A DNA stretch of 64,000 bases, taken from positions 39,608,252 to 39,672,251 of the forward strand of contig NC_057719.1 in NCBI RefSeq assembly GCF_004010195.1, written 5' to 3'. The DNA comes from Chiloscyllium plagiosum (Eukaryota). Position numbers and translations under genes: made by a program. This document shows positions 63,835 through 64,000 of this stretch, piece after piece. Below the pieces are notes generated by a model. The model did not search any database and was not told where the DNA came from. It saw only the letters and a list, made by a program, of their open reading frames with translations. How positions within the stretch are numbered: position 1 is the stretch's first letter; each line of letters starts with the position of its first letter.

Positions 63835-64000
63835 TGAATCAGTGGTGCTGGAAGAGCACAGCAATTCAGGCAGCATCTGACGAGCAGCAAAATCGACGTC
63901 TCGGGCAAAAGCCCTTCATCAGGAATAAAGGCAGAGAGCCTGAAGCGTGGGGGAGAGATAAGCTAGAGGAGGGTGGGCGTGGGGAGAAAGTAGCATAGAG
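63835..64000 (-). mobile_element. Penelope-like 3' end, running off the window
   Basis: Reverse complement of 38330-38490; hammerhead-like CTGATGA..GAGA. Confidence 0.85.

Noticed and set aside
1..64000. CRISPR arrays, operons or other prokaryotic systems
   Set aside because: The sequence is eukaryotic with spliceosomal introns; no regularly spaced repeat-spacer array is present.

Overview
AT-rich, repeat-dense vertebrate genomic DNA, very probably from an elasmobranch (shark): it carries HE1-type tRNA-derived SINEs and abundant CR1-clade LINE and Penelope-like remnants, plus two assembly gaps. The only protein-coding gene I can support is a complete minus-strand brain-type creatine kinase (ckb). 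It has a putative non-coding exon 1 and seven coding exons of 193+155+133+172+124+190+179 = 1146 nt (381 aa, all GT-AG), with a CCAAT-TATA-CCAAT promoter near 59.6 kb. Most notable: (1) a decayed duplicate of the first coding exon in ckb intron 2, resembling the alternative N-terminal exon of chicken Ba-CK; (2) short Penelope-derived hairpin insertions with 13-15 bp target-site duplications and minimal hammerhead-ribozyme motifs from up to three families; (3) a microhomology-flanked ~108 bp local templated insertion; (4) a fossil Harbinger transposase; (5) two RFX X-box-like motifs near possible decayed exons of an unidentified gene. Repeat boundaries are approximate and were read by eye.
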